Shown in pieces: positions 60,405 to 64,000 of a DNA stretch of 64,000 bases. The notes under the pieces are model-generated. The model saw only the letters and a program-made list of their open reading frames with translations, did not search any database and was not told where the DNA came from. This stretch comes from Octopus sinensis (Eukaryota). Where the stretch lies: assembly GCF_006345805.1 (NCBI RefSeq), contig NC_043003.1, positions 96,286,001 through 96,350,000 of the forward strand, in the 5' to 3' direction. The position numbers and the translations under genes are program-made. Every line of letters begins with the position of its first letter. Position 1 is the first letter of the stretch.

Positions 60405-62365
60405 TTTGTGGTTGACTATGAAAAGTGTATCCTGCCATGGAAACCTTGCCAAAGCAGAAACTGGAGACCAACACAGCCTTCAAGCTAGTCAGATATTGTT
60501 GAACCATTTAAACCACTCTCTCTCTCCCTCTTTCTCTCTCTCCTCCTCTTTCTCTCTCTCTTCCTCTTTCTCTTTCTCTCTTTTCTTCTCTCTCACCCTT
60601 CCTTTCTCTCACCACCCTCTTTTTTGTATCTTTCTATCTACCTACCTATCTAGCTAACTATCTGATTTACCAAAAAGACTGATGAAAAATGGTATACATC
60701 TAAAAGTTTACCTAGTTGCTTGAGGGTCACCATACAGACACACACACACAAATATATATATACATATATATATATATGCACACATATGTACACACACGTA
60801 CACATATACCCAATCACCCTGTCCAATCTTCTGGACCATTTCTCTTCCTGTAACTTGAGAGTGAACCATGACTTCTCTTCACCATCTACTCTTTTTTTCC
60901 AAATGGAGCAGCCATGTATATCCTCTCCAAGGTACTTGTTTCTAGCCTTCTGTCTTACCTTAACCTCCCACCATCTGACATAAAGTTACCTCAATACTAC
61001 ACACCTATCAGTTGTAGGTTCTTGTCTTATGAGTTTGTTGGTGATCTCACCTCTGTTGATACCACATAAAAAGTACCCAGTACATTCTGTCATGGAGCTG
61101 TATGGCTTAGTGGTTAGAGTGTTGAACTCATGGTTGTAAGATCGTGGTTTCAGTTCTTGGACCAGGTGATGCATTGTGTTCTTGAGCAAAACACTCCATT
61201 TCACATTACTTCAGTCCACTCAGCTGGCAAAAATGAGTAATCCTGCGACACACCAGCGTCCCATCCAGGTGCGGAATTTGTACACCATGAAAACCAGCCC
61301 TTATGTGTCAGTATGACTTGAGGAGGAAGCTTCACCTTTACCTTTTTTAGTACATTCTGTGAAGTGGTTGGCATTAAGAAGGGCATCCAGACATTGGAGC
61401 TTGGCATGGTTCTCTGGCTCATCCCCTCCTGTCAAACTATCTACTCCATACTAACATAAAAAATAGAAATTTAACAATATTGATGATGATGATGATATAT
61501 ATGTGTGTGTGTGTGTGTGTGTGTCTGCGTAGCTGAAGATATAACTGTGTAGTTAAGATTACAATTACATTGGGATTGAACCAAGGATCTCAAGGTTGTG
61601 AAGCAAACGCTTAACCATTTTACCATTCTGCAGCTACAACAATAACATACACTAATTACATTCAAAAGGATTGTAGTTTGAAATACTTTTTATGTCCAGC
61701 AGCATGTCCAGCTAAATTTAACTGTGGCTTGAACATTCTCACTCTTTTGATGAAAACAACAAAAAGACTGTACACACACACACACACTTACAAATGCTGT
61801 TTAAAAAACTACACACAATCTCTTCTGATTACACTTTAATCATCTCATGCTATATTGAGAAAACTGTCAAAAGTGCCTGTTCTTTTATCTTTTAATGGAA
61901 CTAAAGATTTATCTATTGATTTATATCTACCATTTTCGCAATGTAGAAAGATTTCAAAATAATATTCTTCATTTATACTTTGAGTTGTTCTCTCTATCAA
62001 GAAGCACAACTTTGTTCAAGTTGAAAACTTTCATTTTCATACATCATACTGTTATATGAAGATTCATGTGTATGAAGGCATTATGCATTATCTATATTGT
62101 TATAGCCAATTATATAAGCCAGTTACTGTTGTAGTTATTCAAATTGCTTGGTATAACAACCAAATTTTTTCTCAACAAATACCCCTACTGTCTTTAAATC
62201 AAACAAGCATGATAGGAAATATTGCTTGAATGCATTATTTGTTCCACAATCTCCATGTTGTACTCCTACTCAAACAAAACTGAACAGGTGGTAGAAGTGG
62301 TTGTTGTTATTGTTGGTATTATTCTCCCTGTTGTTGGTTTTTTTTCTTCTTTAATTATAATAGTA

Positions 62366-62403
<38 letters not shown>

Positions 62404-63401
62404 TTTGGCACAAGGCAACCAATTTCAGTGTTCAGCTGTTACTTATTTTATAAACCCCGAAAGGATGAAAGACAAAGTCGACCTCAGTAGATTTTGAATT
62501 CAAAATGTGAAGATGAATGAAATGTTGTTAAGCATTTTCCTCAGCACGCTAATAATTCTGAAAGCTCACCACCTTATTATAGTAATAATAATATTAATAA
62601 TAATAATCTATTCTACTATATGCACAAGGCCAGTAATTTTTGTGGGTGGTTTATGTAATTACATTGACTCCAGTGCTCAACTGAAGGGATAAAAAGTAAA
62701 GTTGACCTCATCTCCATTGGAACTCAGAATATACAACCAGAAGAAATGCCACTAAGCATTTTTCCTGATGTGCTAATGCTTCTGAAATTTGTGGGGAAGG
62801 GACCAGTCAATTACATTGACCCCAGTTGATTACATTTAACTTATATTTATTTCATTGGCCCTAAAAGAATGAAAGGCAAAGCTTACCCTGGCAGAATTTG
62901 AAAAGATGAAATACTGCTAAGCATTTTGTCCAGTGTGCTAATGATTCTACAGCTTACCACCTTATTATTATTATTATTATTATTATTATCATTATTATTA
63001 TTATTATTATTTGAAAATCAAAATCGAAATCGATCAACATCAATGGAAATTGTAGCTGTGATACCAGTGCCGGTGGCACGTAAGAGAACCATCCGAACGT
63101 GACCATTGCCAGCACCGCCCCAACTGGCCTCTGTGCCAGTGGCACGTAAAAAGCACCATCCGATCGTGGCCATTTGCCAGCCTCGTCTGGCACCTGTGCA
63201 GGTGGCACGTAAAAAGCACCCACATGGAGTGGTTGGTGTTAGGAAGGGCATCCAGCTGTAGAAACACTGCCAGATCAGACTGGGCCTGGTGCAGCCTTCT
63301 GGCTTCCCAGACCCCAGTTGAACTGTCCAACCCATGCTAGCATGGAAAAACGGACGTTAAACGATGATGATGATTATTATTATTATTATCATTATTATTA
63401 T

Positions 63402-64000
63402 TCAGTAGTTTTATTTTTATAACATGCTTTCACTTCACTACCGAGCGCAGCTCTGTGTGCCTTGGGTATGTGCTGTGGTTTGCTGTGATTCTCTTATGGT
63501 TACTGTATTGAAAGTGTTTTGCGTAGGATGTGTGCAGTGCCCAGTAGTGCAATTTTTCTGTATGTTATATATATTTGTAAGTCCTGGTGTTTTTGTCATG
63601 TATTTGTCTGAATATTTTTTATCATGCCTAATGCACCTACCATGATAGGAATTGTTTTTGTTTTAAGATTCCATTTTCGAGTTACCTCTATTTCCAGGTC
63701 TTTGTGTTTTGAAACTTTCTCCATTTCTTTTAGAGAAACGTTGTCATCTGCTGGTATTGATACATCAATTAGAAAGCATTTTTTTCCTTCATGATCTCTG
63801 ACAACTATATCTGGCCTACTGGCCTTAATTTCTCTATCTGTGTGTATTGGCATATCCCAGAATATGGCTGTTCTCATTTTCTGTGACCTTTTCTGGTGTG
63901 TGCCTATACCATCCTTTTTCTGTTGTTATTCCATAGTGTTGGCATAGTTTCCAGTGTATGTAGGTCCCAACTCTGTTGTGTCTGTGAATATATTCCTTCT
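63402..64000 (-). mobile_element. Dong/R4-clade retrotransposon 3' end (PD-(D/E)xK endonuclease, 3' UTR, (AAT)n tail); continues beyond the window
   Basis: FWDMPIHTDREIKASRPDIVV...LIDVSIP...KHKDLEIE...IMVGALG; after a 1-bp frameshift QKIALLGTAHILRKTL*; ends ACTACTGAATAATAAT. Confidence 0.93.

Overview
AT-rich, repeat-dense animal genomic DNA. The repeat families and intron sizes point to an octopus or other coleoid cephalopod (inference). The only host gene I can support is a + strand ABCA-subfamily transporter (ABCA1/4/7-like). I traced 19 consecutive GT-AG exons from 6551 to 54664 that splice in frame into 2795 nt (about 931 codons), covering the end of R1, TMD2/ECD2, NBD2 and R2. The 5' half lies upstream of the window and I could not find the terminal VFVNFA-type exon. 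The introns hold four or more tRNA-type or RTE-type SINE families, a Penelope-like element with an inverted terminal arm, RTE, Dong/R4 and HERO LINE remnants, mariner, pogo and piggyBac remnants, several MITE families, kilobase microsatellites and one 100-N gap. The most interesting signals are: (1) four hammerhead-ribozyme-like motifs, each in a short Penelope-type 3' segment that ends in (TA)n; (2) a piggyBac transposase remnant inserted at the TTAA inside the FKKC codons of a pogo transposase, sharing its end with five local TTAA MITEs; (3) repeated use of SINE-derived microsatellites as landing sites by Dong-type and hammerhead elements. Nearly all ORFs in the supplied track are microsatellite or antisense artefacts.
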